From assembly GCA_000092065.1 (NCBI GenBank), contig CP000586.1: 64,000 bases of DNA. One strand, 5' to 3'. Made by a program: the position numbers and the translations under genes. The stretch comes from Ostreococcus lucimarinus. Lineage: Eukaryota. Position 1 is the first letter of the stretch, and each line of letters begins with the position of its first letter. Below the pieces are notes generated by a model. That model had not been told where the DNA came from. It saw only the letters and a program-made list of their open reading frames with translations, and made no database searches. Below are positions 49,701 to 58,708 of this stretch, in pieces.

Positions 49701-50077
49701 GTCGTTTTCAGCGCCGCAGCCTTCATTCGCGCCGCCACCGTGCCGTCCAGCAGCGCTCCCGGTTTCAACCGCTTCGCCGCATCCACGAAGCGTTCGACGA
49801 GCGCGTACAGCCCCGTGTTGCTCGAGCACGTCGACGCGAAGTCCTCCAGCGTCACCCGTCGATCGCACGGTTCGGTGTGATTGATCGCGATCCACGCTTC
49901 GATCGCCGCTTTCTCGTACGTCCGTCCCGTCTTCGCGACGACGACGGGATTCTTCATCACTCGCAGCGTGAGCGCGCACACGTACGCGTCCGGCGCCGCG
50001 GCGTGGAACGCGGGATCGGCGTACATCGCGGCGTCGACGTCGATGTCGCGAGGGAACGGGTTCGCGCGTCGGCCCAT
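46703..50077 (-). CDS. U-box domain protein (1124 aa). It has an N-terminal U-box followed by at least three copies of a novel ~100-150-aa module (…FRF…G[IM]GVGC…GDW.[VP]G[ED].IEL[IL]AY…)
   Basis: U-box: PDAYVCALTLRVMKNPVVVAKTGRTYEKAAIEAWIA (compare CHIP/PUB U-boxes). Repeats: DGRFFRFDMDE…SAIVVFGGPNGMGVGCYHPVESAQPGDWLVGEPIELIAY; KWFRFKSSQ…GSVIVFQHESGIGVGCANPCDYAHEGDWKPGDRIELLAY; DGSIFRFDKDA…; C-terminal SPGDWQIGDIIMIS. ATG verified at 50077. Confidence 0.7.
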   Translation of the reverse strand: MGRRANPFPRDIDVDAAMYADPAFHAAAPDAYVCALTLRVMKNPVVVAKTGRTYEKAAIEAWIAINHTEPCDRRVTLEDFASTCSSNTGLYALVERFVDAAKRLKPGALLDGTVAARMKAAALKTTVVVVEHNVHVFKKQPSMLRQLSKTLSFGLAGDGRAPALGTIPDVKPNGSTVDQGLSKVDEGDVVVFPDEVPDRKYVHVTSLEYPDKSKPADGRFFRFDMDELTRVIGHEWANKDLKAYKTENFSVKSGKGATFCVYRQEKRSAIVVFGGPNGMGVGCYHPVESAQPGDWLVGEPIELIAYRGLPKGVRFMDPSKFDSIKFVEDYSKDDDAHFMTGGVNDEPIERIFPGQSGIYPKEQNYRGGKRTMWLMFEIKLKHPTGSDPELINGRPYTPIGVFIDNRTLLQAGGCCQTYNCRDNEGINSQGEGQPSFRSGLCTDDKNKQHFGALMLHRDRKYEPITHFKFNVRVPDKGAPGVPCYSEKYGGGVHVGLLEGDPDLLGVGWGSNKWPTKDEGNRGEECVDDASKWGDKSISGPNAQERDEFYVYNPHKKPPPPKERTYKTASGEKKVVKLKPDAFVFPRQRRKLVDPHLDVVSIDYPGGVMPGKTEPEPKGKWFRFKSSQLSAITGIEDWGDASYEGWKTGVIKGGDGASFAIPNDTSAGERRGSVIVFQHESGIGVGCANPCDYAHEGDWKPGDRIELLAYSHDNQPPPYTFTLSMDNYVCQTETGWNLPGHLIRYGQCGLVGPWWKELEIEFQIEAASVGTRIYGVHTDASFEALPFTAKALRSDGKWHKIELSTENVRWGRAFKSIMDDVSAVRVRWESTDLHKLANSTARSGGGIHANILGTSTAINVLDIRRHGYPSDGSIFRFDKDAVRALNCGKCDGSNWAGTYEVLNLRNGKKGKVMLADKPDETVLETYVASHTQKPSEPVPADKPSPVAAAVMPMPPATTQAVMPMASHAPVQKTPYRNPTGFLSCCLSAPKRLETPVSNAESDATATTMIVYKPVYTEESSPEKPKPINPKQIVQDSTSLDVLGLGYWVEDVSTPAPSPGDWQIGDIIMISRQRLDVNASTPSVLEDGDAGIAALERTKSTAAAGDWANIRFVSSDDIADIALPQI

Positions 50078-50690
50078 GGTCGAGCGCGTCGCGGCGTCGC
50101 GGCGTCGCGGCGTCGCGGCGTCGCGCCACGCTCGCGATTCTCCGGCTCGCCGCGCCGCGCTCCGGCGACTCGGCGTTTCGGCGATCCGCGTCGCGCGCGC
50201 GGCGACGGACCGCGCCCCGCCCGCCCGTCGAGGCGCGCGAACGCCATGGAATACGCGATGGGTTTAAAAAAAGTACAGTACGCGATATCAAATGATACCG
50301 CGGTAAGGTTGTTGGACTTTGTGGAACATCCCAACCCCAACGAACGAGGATGTTGGCGCGTTGACGCGGCGCGCGCGCGGCATCGCTCGACGCCGAGCGA
50401 CGCGCGACGCTCGCGCGACTCTCTCGCGCGGCGAAACGCGTCGATCTAAAAAGTTTGCGCGGCGCGAGACCGCGCGCGCGCGAACGCGGCGGGACCGCGC
50501 GACGGACGCGCGCGAAAACGTCAATCGCGTCGCGCATCCCGGAGACGGTTCGCGGCGTCGCGCATCCCGGAGACGGTTCGCGGCGTCGCGCGCGTGTTTT
50601 CGGCTCGCGACGCGAGCCGAACCCGCGACCCGTGTATTACACAATTTTGAATCAATAATAATGTTTACGACGTTTCACGAGCGCGTGCGT

Positions 50691-50735
50691 CCGTCCCGTC
50701 TTCGCGACGACGACGGGATTCTTCATCACGCCGAC
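50691..50735. other. Dispersed duplicate (~45 bp exact, ~55 bp with mismatches) of the 5' coding segment of the U-box gene (49921..49961), lying just upstream of the LON-domain gene
   Basis: 'cgtccgtcccgtcttcgcgacgacgacgggattcttcatcac' occurs at both positions. On the minus strand it encodes VMKNPVVVAKTGRT, part of the U-box. Confidence 0.6.
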
Positions 50736-50763
50736 GTTCGGCGTCGCGCCAGACGCCCGCGCG

Positions 50764-51690
50764 ATGCGCGCGTCGTCGCGCGCGTCGGCGACGCGCGTCG
50801 CGCGCGTCGCGCGCGTCGACGCGAGGCGGCCGCGGGCTCGAGCGCGCGCGCGCGCGCGCGACGGTGCCGGCGACGACGACGACGCATCCGCGCTGGACAT
50901 GGACGCGCTGCGAGCGCGCGTCCGCGCGCTGGCGAAGCGCGAAGAAGCGCTGGAAACGCTGCGCATCGTCGTGCTGGACGCGAGCGTGCCGAAACAAGTG
51001 CTGCCGCTGGAGTTCGACGGCGCGAACGTCGAGAGGACGCTCAACGCGGGGACGGCGCTCGGGCGAGACGCGCGCGTGGGCGATCGATTCGGGATGCTCG
51101 GGCAAGCGCCGAGCAACGGACAGATACTGCCGAACGGAGTGGAGGTGACGGTGACGCGAGCGATGGTTCGGCCGAACGGGGGGGAGAGTTTGATCGAACT
51201 CACGGCGTCGCGGCGGTTTAAAATCGTGGGGGCTCCGTTCGAGGACGAGGCGAACGGATCGGCGCCGAGCGCGAGGGTGTGCTGGATTCCCGATACCGAA
51301 GGCGCGGGCGAGCAAACCGTCGCGGGCGGCGTGGAGGAGCCGGGCGCGGTGGATCCCGCCGAGTGCGACGCCGAGTGCGCGGCGCTCGCCGCGGAGCTTC
51401 CCGCGCTCGTCGACGAATGGCGGGCGCTGGTGATTTCGAGAAAGCGCGAGCGTCAGCCCGATCAGTTGAAGTTGATCTTATCGCAAATCGGCGACATCCC
51501 TGGGTCGAACCGACCGGCCGAGCTCTCGCTTTGGGTCGCCGCGCTCATCAACCCGATTCCCGCCCTCGGCGTGGCGTACGAGATTCGTCCGGCGATCCTG
51601 TGCGCGCCGACGACGGGTCACATGGTTCGCATCGCGTCCCAAGGCATCAAACTTTCCATCAACAGTCTGCGCGACGGGCCTCAAATTTGA
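50764..51690 (+). CDS. LON N-terminal (LON substrate-binding / PUA-like) domain protein with an Ala/Arg-rich presequence (308 aa)
   Basis: [28 protein letters not shown]… and …[40 protein letters not shown] resemble stand-alone LON-N domain proteins. A mixed-composition ORF within an otherwise GC-artefact region. Confidence 0.55.
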   Translation: MRASSRASATRVARVARVDARRPRARARARARDGAGDDDDASALDMDALRARVRALAKREEALETLRIVVLDASVPKQVLPLEFDGANVERTLNAGTALGRDARVGDRFGMLGQAPSNGQILPNGVEVTVTRAMVRPNGGESLIELTASRRFKIVGAPFEDEANGSAPSARVCWIPDTEGAGEQTVAGGVEEPGAVDPAECDAECAALAAELPALVDEWRALVISRKRERQPDQLKLILSQIGDIPGSNRPAELSLWVAALINPIPALGVAYEIRPAILCAPTTGHMVRIASQGIKLSINSLRDGPQI

Positions 51691-51973
51691 CCCTCGAGCG
51701 TTCGGCCCGAAAATTGAGCGACTGAGCGTTCGGCGCCGCGCCGCCGCCGTGTTTCGCTCGCGTCCTCGCGATAGTCCCGCCCCTGAACCGCTGTACATCA
51801 TCACACCGCGACATCAAACGCATCAAACGCATCAAAGGCAACGCTCGCTCTCACGCGCGCCCTCGACCCGATCTCTGTCTCGGGCACTCGGCATTTTCGA
51901 GTCGTCGGAATCCGCGCCCGCCTTCGCCGCGCGTCTGTTGTCACACCTCGCCGCGGTCAAATCACCGAGTCCG

Positions 51974-53125
51974 ATGTCCCGCGGTGCCGGCGCCGGATAC
52001 GATCGGCACATCACCGTATTCTCTCCCGAAGGACGTCTGTACCAAGTCGGTGCGTGTTCGCGCGCGCGCCGACGCCTCCTCGCGCCGTCACCTCGCCCGC
52101 GACGCGCGACGTTCACCGACGAAACGATCTCACCGACTGACCGCGATTCGACGACTTTCGACGCGCAGAGTACGCGTTCAAGGCGATCAAATCCGTCGGC
52201 GTCACCACCATCGGCGTGCGAGGGAAAGACTCCGTGTGCGTCGTGACGCAGAAGAAGATTCCGGTGCGCGAAACGGGCGAACGCGAGGGCGAAGAACGAT
52301 CTCGTCGGCGAACGCGAAGGCGCGAACGCGCTCGAGACGACGCGGGAGGGATCGACCGCGCTGGATCCCGCGAACGCGCGCGCGAGAGGAAGACTGACGC
52401 GTGGTGTGTGATCGGACGTCGCGCGAGCGCAGGATAAATTGATCGATGCGTCGGATGTGACGCACATGTATAAGATTACGAAAACCGTGGGCATGTGCGC
52501 GACGGGAAAAGGACGTACGTTTTCGTTTTCGTCGCTCGGCGGCTTTGTTTGAATGAACACGTACGCGCGCCCGCGCGAGCGCGACTTTTCGCTCGACCGA
52601 TCGACTGACGACTGCTCGCGTCGATTTCGTTTCGCAGCGGATATCCGAGACATAGTACAAAAGGCGCGCAGAAAGGCGGCGGATTTCAAGCAACACTACG
52701 GGTACGAGGTCCCGGTGGACGTGTTGGCGAACATACTCGCCGATGAGTTCCAGGTGTACACGCAGCACGCATACATGCGTCCGCTCGCGGTGATGGTGAT
52801 ATTAATCGCCGTAGATGAGGATCGCGGGCCGAGTCTGTTCAAGTGCGATCCGGCAGGATACTTTGTCGGTTACAGCGCGACGAGCGCGGGGGCGAAGGAG
52901 GTCGAGGCGGTGAACTTCTTGGAGAAGAAGGTCAAGAGCGGCGCATCGTTCGATGTGAATCAGACGGCCCAGCTCGCGATCAGCGCTCTTCAGCACGTGC
53001 TCGGGGAAGAGGTCAAGGCGAGCGAGTTAGAAGTCGCCGTCGTCACGGCGGACAATCCCAATTTCCGCGTCATCAGCGAGAGCGAAGTGGAAGATCATTT
53101 GACATCGATTTCTGAGAGAGACTAG
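51974..53125 (+). CDS. PSMA6: Proteasome subunit alpha type-6 (PSMA6/alpha-1), 246 aa in four exons: join(51974..52049, 52169..52263, 52433..52514, 52638..53125)
   Basis: Exon 1 [25 protein letters not shown]; exon 2 [32 protein letters not shown]; exon 3 [27 protein letters not shown]; exon 4 (P)[98 protein letters not shown]…ISERD. All four are collinear with PSMA6 and total 246 codons. Introns of 119, 169 and 123 bp begin GTGCGTG, GTGCGCG and GTACGT, contain ACTGAC ~25-40 nt before the 3' end, and end CGCAG. Phases were checked against the track frames. Confidence 0.85.
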
Positions 53126-53184
53126 CAGTAGTTTTTAATTGTGTACCGCGCCCTAGTAGACGCTCTAATTATTCTCGGTCCAGA

Positions 53185-55542
53185 TCAGATGTTGTCCTCG
53201 TCGCTGAGCTCATCGGCGTCGAGTTTCTCGATGGCGCCCTTGATCGAGTTCACGTCCGCGTTCGATGGACGCAAATCGAGCGCGATGCTAAAGTTAATCA
53301 TCGCTTTCTCTTGAAGCCCAAGCTTTTTGTAGATTCTTCCCATGAGAAAAAACACGCTCGCTTCCTTGGGGGCGATCTCTTGCAATTTGTTAAGCTCCGC
53401 CAACGCGGCGTCGTAATTTTCTTCGCTCATCAACACGGCGGCCATTTCGTAACGAGCCAGAGGATTCTTACCATCGAGCGCGATCGCTTGAGAGAGAAGC
53501 GATAACGCTGCATCGTTATCGTTTAGTGCATGCTTTGCCATACCGGCGTAGCAGTACAACACGCTCGACTTCGGATTGATGTTGAGCGCGTATGTGAAGT
53601 GATACTCGCTCATGACGTACTTTTCTTGGCGGTAATACACCGTACCGAGGCCGTACCAGGCGTTGTAATGTCTCGCATCTAATCTCAACGCAGCCCGATA
53701 GCAATTCATACTTTTTTCAAAGTCTTCGTTCGCAAAGTACTCGTGTCCGCTCAGCGTATGCGCGTACGTGCACTTCGGATCGAGTTGGATGGCGCGCTGA
53801 AAAAATTTCAAAGCCGTCTCGTGTTCCTTTTGTAACGAGAAACAGTTTCCGAGCACGCACCACGTTTCTGGAGCTAGACGATCGAGAGACTGAACTTCTT
53901 GTGCCAAATGTGCGAGCTTCACTTCCTCCTTCAAATGCCAAAGAACGGTTGAGTACACATCGAGACCTTCCAAGCGATACGGCGCGGCCGCGCGCGCTTC
54001 TTCAAACGCCTGCGCTGCGTTGGCGTAATCCACCATCTCTGAGTGCGCTTTCGCCATCGCGCACAGCACATAGGCGGTGTCGTATTGAGATCGCGAAAGC
54101 TGTTGAAACGAATGGATCGCTTCTTCGCATCGATACATGGCGAGATGCCTCAGACCCTCCGCGAGCGGACGCAGCTCTTTGAACGCCAACACGGCGCCCT
54201 CGGCTGTTCGCGCGGGCTGCCAACTCCAAGTACCCTGATCGCGCTGATCGCTGTAATGACCACTTTCATACGAAACTTCACCGTCTTCCGGGACTTGACT
54301 CAGGTTTGCCATCATGTCGTCGTGATCGCGATGGTCGTCGTCGGGCGATGCCCCGACGTGTTGCAGTCTCGCGGCGTGTATGCGCGAGCTCCTACGAACG
54401 GCCGTAGACGCTGGATCGTCGCTAAACAATCTACCAGAAACCTTTCTAAGTTTTCCTTCATCCATGAATTTTCGCCGCTCCCCTCCGAATAGCCCGCGAG
54501 CCGCTGTGGACGCCGGCGCGCCTGTGTCTTGAGCGCTCGGCTGTTGCGACGTGCTCTGTCGTCCCGTGCGCGGAGCGCCCGTGGTCGGTGGCGCGCGTCC
54601 TCCGATCGCCTTTTGAGGCGGCGGAGGAGCGGCGGCGGCAGAGCTCGGTGAAGGCGTCACGAAGGCGCCTCCCATGGAATCCGCAGCATCGACGCGAGGG
54701 CCTCCGCCGCCGACGGCGGGCGTTTGAAGTTCCGCGTCGTCCCATCCCTCTCCCGCGCGCGTTCGCTCGCTCGCGCCCGTGCTCGGTGGAACGCCCACGT
54801 CGTGCATGTGTACGTGTGCCGGCGTGCGCGCGAGAGCCTCGCCGTGTTCGCGACCACGCGACCTCGTCGGCGACAGCGGCGGCAATCCACCCGTTCTCGG
54901 CGCGAACGTCTCGCCGCTCGACTTTTGCGCCTCGAACGCGACGTCGTTCGACTCCAACGATGGGTACATCGCCAGAATACTCTCTTCCCGACTCTCCGAC
55001 GCGCACGCCTTCGCCTCGGCGTCGGCACCGAGCGCACACAATCCCTCGTACGCGCACCACATCAACGGATCCGCCATCAACGCGCGCGTAAACCGCGTAA
55101 TCGCCGCCGCGCGTCGCCCCGTATCCTTACAGATCATACCGAGCAGATACTCCCCCGCCGCTCCTCCCGACGCCATCGCCTCGTCCTCGCCCGCGCTCGG
55201 TCGTCGTCTCGCGCCGTACGCCCCCGCGAATCCGTCGTGGTCCGCCTCTCCGCGCAGCGCGCGCTCCGCCTCGTCCAGCTCGCCGCAATCGTAGCACGCC
55301 CTCCCGAACAGGTACCTCGCCCGCTGGCTCGTCAAACGCGTCCCGAGCACCGCGCGCGCGGCGCGCGCTTTGCCTGCCGCGTACAGGCACCGAGCGTGCA
55401 GCAGCGCGTTCGCGTCGCTGTCGCGAACCGCGCGCAGGCGTTCGCTCAAAAATATCGCGTTTTCGACGCAGTGCGCGTCGAGCGAGCGCGTCGCGGCCTC
55501 GGCGAGCGTGGCCTCGAGGGCGTCCGCGTCGACGGCGCGCAT
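53185..55542 (-). CDS. CDC27: Anaphase-promoting complex subunit CDC27/APC3 (TPR protein, ~786 aa from MRAVDADALE)
   Basis: The N-terminal helical region (LEATLAEAATRSLDAHCVENAIFLSERLRAV) resembles the CDC27 N-terminus. A central low-complexity S/P/A region is followed by nine C-terminal TPRs (…WCVLGNCFSLQKEHETALKFFQRAIQLDPKCTYAHTLSGHEY…NAWYGLGTVYYRQEKY…) and the typical CDC27 end (…LDLRPSN…). Confidence 0.85.
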   Translation of the reverse strand: MRAVDADALEATLAEAATRSLDAHCVENAIFLSERLRAVRDSDANALLHARCLYAAGKARAARAVLGTRLTSQRARYLFGRACYDCGELDEAERALRGEADHDGFAGAYGARRRPSAGEDEAMASGGAAGEYLLGMICKDTGRRAAAITRFTRALMADPLMWCAYEGLCALGADAEAKACASESREESILAMYPSLESNDVAFEAQKSSGETFAPRTGGLPPLSPTRSRGREHGEALARTPAHVHMHDVGVPPSTGASERTRAGEGWDDAELQTPAVGGGGPRVDAADSMGGAFVTPSPSSAAAAPPPPQKAIGGRAPPTTGAPRTGRQSTSQQPSAQDTGAPASTAARGLFGGERRKFMDEGKLRKVSGRLFSDDPASTAVRRSSRIHAARLQHVGASPDDDHRDHDDMMANLSQVPEDGEVSYESGHYSDQRDQGTWSWQPARTAEGAVLAFKELRPLAEGLRHLAMYRCEEAIHSFQQLSRSQYDTAYVLCAMAKAHSEMVDYANAAQAFEEARAAAPYRLEGLDVYSTVLWHLKEEVKLAHLAQEVQSLDRLAPETWCVLGNCFSLQKEHETALKFFQRAIQLDPKCTYAHTLSGHEYFANEDFEKSMNCYRAALRLDARHYNAWYGLGTVYYRQEKYVMSEYHFTYALNINPKSSVLYCYAGMAKHALNDNDAALSLLSQAIALDGKNPLARYEMAAVLMSEENYDAALAELNKLQEIAPKEASVFFLMGRIYKKLGLQEKAMINFSIALDLRPSNADVNSIKGAIEKLDADELSDEDNI

Positions 55543-55658
55543 CGCGCGAAGCGCACCGCGCGCGGCGCGGACGACCGACGCGAAGTGAAGATGAACAGGC
55601 ACCTCGATGGATTTGCAACAGTTTTTTCAAACGCGCCGAGGCGTCGGCGGCGAACGGG

Positions 55659-57364
55659 CTAAACGTGCGGAAGGTTGCGCGACGGCGAGCGCACGCGCGA
55701 GGCGGCGGCTTGGCTCAAATCTGCGAAAGGATCGCTCGCGGGCGATCGCGAGGGCGCGGCGCGAGAGGGCGTCGGCGGCGAGACGGAGTCGCGCGCGAAC
55801 GCGGCGGGATTCATCGGTCGCATGCCCTCCGGGAGCGGTCTGGCCGGTCGATACCGCTCGTCGGCGAACATCGGGTTGGTCTGCATCGGAGGCGGCGACG
55901 GTGACGTCGTCGACGGGAAGTGAACGATCGGACGCGGCGGGGTGGGACCGGCGGCAAATGGATTGGACGACGACGACGACGGTCCGGCGATGGAAGCCGT
56001 CGGCAAGACGTCGCCGAAAGGGTTCGCGGAGCTTTGGCTCGTCGTCGTGGCGGCGGTGGACGCTCGCATGACGTCGTCGAGTTCGCTCAGTAAACTTTCC
56101 GCCGTGTGCGTTCGCGTCGCGGCCACTGGCGCGGCGAGTCGAGCCCGCGATGCGACGTCGCCCGCCGCGGCTTTCACGAGCAAATCGTATCGTTCCATCT
56201 CCTTGGTCAACTCGTCGTTCAAATGTATGGCGCTCGCGAGCAAGCCCTCGTCTTCGGCGTTCGAGATAAGCTCGATCAGACGTGGCTGCATCGCGCGGCA
56301 CTGCTCCGAGAGCTCGTTCGCTAAACTAGACGGAGACGGCGGGCGAAGGGCGACGCAGCCGTCGAGGACTTGCGTGAACACCTTGAGCGAATTCGTCGCG
56401 ACGGCGATGTCGCCCTTCAATTTTTCTACGTCTTGCGAATTGTACGTCGTCGACACGGATGTCGTGGCGCGAGATGCCTCGGCAGCGGCTGTGCGCTCGC
56501 TTTCGCGAAGCGCTCTCTGTAATTCGCTCTCAGCGCGGTCCGCGAGTCGTCCCGAGGCGTGCGGCGAGCTCAGATGCGGCGCTCGCACGGGCGTACCCAT
56601 GGCGATGTTCCCAGGGTAAATCCCGTGTCTTTGACGCTGCACCGGTGTCATTGCTTCTTCTTCGTCTTCCTCGAGCGCGCGCGCGATCGCGGCTCGATCC
56701 TCCTCGGAGATATCTTCTCTCTTCGACCAGTCGCCGCCGCCGTTCCAGTCCTCGCGAGCCGCCGACGACGTCGCCCCCCGCGCCACCGACCGTCGCTCAA
56801 CCTCGGGAAACTGAAACCCACGCGCGCGCAACTGATGAAACGCCCCCGCGAACGCGGGCTCTCGCCTCAAATTTACCGCCCACTCGTGAACCAACGCCAA
56901 GGTCTTGTCGCGAACCTCCAAATTCGGCGCTCTCTCGCACAACCGCACCATCGTCTCCGGCACCTCCTTCGCCACCGCCATCGCGTGAAACCGTCCTCCG
57001 CAGTTCTTCATGCACATCTCCAGCGCGAACAGCGCCTTGAGCGTCGCGTCCGCGTCCATCACCGCCCGTCCCTTCGTCGGCGCCGTCAGCTTTGCCCGCA
57101 GCGCCTTGACGCAATCCTTCCCGTGCGCGACGAAATCATCGTTCACGCAGTCGCACAGCCGCAGATTAATCTCCAGCGCGTCATCGACCGTTCGTCTCGC
57201 GCCCGATTTGCACGCCTGCGTCGCGTCGCGCGTCGTCGTCGTCGTCAGTCGTCGCGTCGTCTCCGACAGAATCAGAATTCGTCACAGCGTCGCGCACGCA
57301 CGTGATCGACGATTTTGTACGCCAAGCGGTCGCTCTTATCGTTCAGGAACATCGTCTTGAGCAT
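55659..57364 (-). CDS. VHS + GAT domain protein (TOM1-like/TOL) in two exons: complement(join(55659..57215, 57302..57364)), with an 86-bp intron
   Basis: VHS: …DDALEINLRLCDCVNDDFVAHGKDCVKALRAKL…ATLKALFALEMCMKNCGGRFHAMAVAKEVPETMVRL…KTLALVHEWAVNL. GAT-like helices follow (…DVEKLKGDIAVATNSLKVFTQVLD…LSEQCRAMQPRLIELI…). The track start at 57146 is a GTG. The in-frame extension runs into a CGCAG acceptor (minus strand, ending at plus 57216) preceded by GACTGAC. Upstream ORF 57272..57478(-) supplies MLKTMFLNDKSDRLAYKIVDH, ending exactly at a GTGCGTG donor (plus 57301). The spliced N-terminus aligns with the TOM1 VHS start (M…RIEKAT…). Confidence 0.7.
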
Positions 57365-57581
57365 CCTCGAGCGTCGACGCGCGCGCGGCGAGGACCGACG
57401 CGAATCCACGGTCGACGCGCGATCGTGTGACCGACGCCTCGGCGACCGCTGGGCACTGTGACGTTTCACATTTTTCACGTTTCGAGGCGCGGTCCCGCGC
57501 GCGCGCGGGCGCGAGAGGACGAAACGCGAGGCGCGCGCGCTGGAGAAAATATTCCGTCGCGCGGGCGCGCGCGCGGCGGCG

Positions 57582-58250
57582 ATGCGGCGCGCGGCGGCGG
57601 CGGCGGTGGCGGCGTGCGTCGCGGCGGCGGCGTTCGTCCGGTGTTCGAGGCGCGAAACGGTGGACGTCGTCGAGCGCGCGCGGGTGCCGTTCGCGTTCGG
57701 CGCGCTCGGGCCGGTGGGAACGGCGCGCGAGGGACTGCGATATTACGACGCCGCGCTCGGGGCCGCGTTGTCGTCGTCGCCGCGCGCGCAGAGCGCGCTC
57801 GAAATCGGGTGCGTGAAACCGGCGTTCGCGCGACACCTCTCTTGGATTCGCGATAAGACGTGCGTCGCACCGTATTACGCCGGGTACAAGACGACGGCGG
57901 GCGACGACTCGATCGACGCGACGGACGACGTGCGGTACGTCGTGGGGGATTTCGCCAACGCGAGCCTCGCGCCGTCGTACGATTTGTGTCTCTGCATGCA
58001 AGTCTTGGAACACTTGGATTTCGACGCCGCGAGCGATTTCGTGCGTCGCATGTTCGAGCTGTGCCGTGTGTCCGTCGTGTCGGTGCCGTACAGATGGCCG
58101 GAGTGCGGATCGACGTGCTCGCACAAGCAACACGCCATCGACGAGTCGACGCTCGCTCGATGGAGCGGCGTCGACGCGCCCGCGACGACGACCATCGTGC
58201 GCGAACGCGGCGGCGGCGCGGCGCGCGCCATCGTGGTTTACGACGCATGA
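57582..58250 (+). CDS. Class I SAM-dependent methyltransferase-like protein with an N-terminal hydrophobic anchor (222 aa)
   Basis: MRRAAAAAVAACVAAAAF (signal/anchor); ALEIGCVKPAFARHL (motif I-like); VGDFANASL…YDLCLCMQVLEHLDF (motif II/III-like). ATG verified at 57582. Confidence 0.45.
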   Translation: MRRAAAAAVAACVAAAAFVRCSRRETVDVVERARVPFAFGALGPVGTAREGLRYYDAALGAALSSSPRAQSALEIGCVKPAFARHLSWIRDKTCVAPYYAGYKTTAGDDSIDATDDVRYVVGDFANASLAPSYDLCLCMQVLEHLDFDAASDFVRRMFELCRVSVVSVPYRWPECGSTCSHKQHAIDESTLARWSGVDAPATTTIVRERGGGAARAIVVYDA

Positions 58251-58708
58251 GTCGCTCGAACGCGTATGTTTCTCTTTTAGTGACTACATTTTAGCGTTTA
58301 GGTTTGCGCCTTGGTCATGACTTGCGGCGTCGCGGCGCGCATGACTTCGGCGAGGATCGCGACGGCTTCGTCCGGGGACGACGAAGAGAAGCGAAAAGCG
58401 TCGCGCGCGGGATACTTCTTACCGAGCTCGACGTTGCGCACGTTCGTCCGTCTACCATGGATCAACCGAGAGCGCGGTGTCGTGAGTTGATGCGCGTCCG
58501 GCGTGAAGATCATTCCCGCCGACCGAACGGTGTAATCGTGAAACTTGGCCGTCTCGTCGTCGACGTGCGCCGCGAACCCGTCGTGTCCGCCGAGACAAAA
58601 GCACCACGGCTCGACTCGCGTCGCGTCGCGCCGCCGCGCGATCGATCGCTCGATCGCCCGAAGACGCGCGTCGCCGTACCGCGCGGCGCGTCGCGACGTC
58701 GCGACGCG

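Noticed and set aside
28657-53125. Idea of a functional 'ubiquitin-proteasome cluster' (PSMA2, PSMA6, U-box E3, CDC27, SHPRH RING-helicase all in one window)
   Set aside because: This is a eukaryotic nuclear region with one gene roughly every 1.5 kb and many unrelated housekeeping genes interspersed. The co-occurrence is most parsimoniously coincidence, and there is no operon-like organisation.
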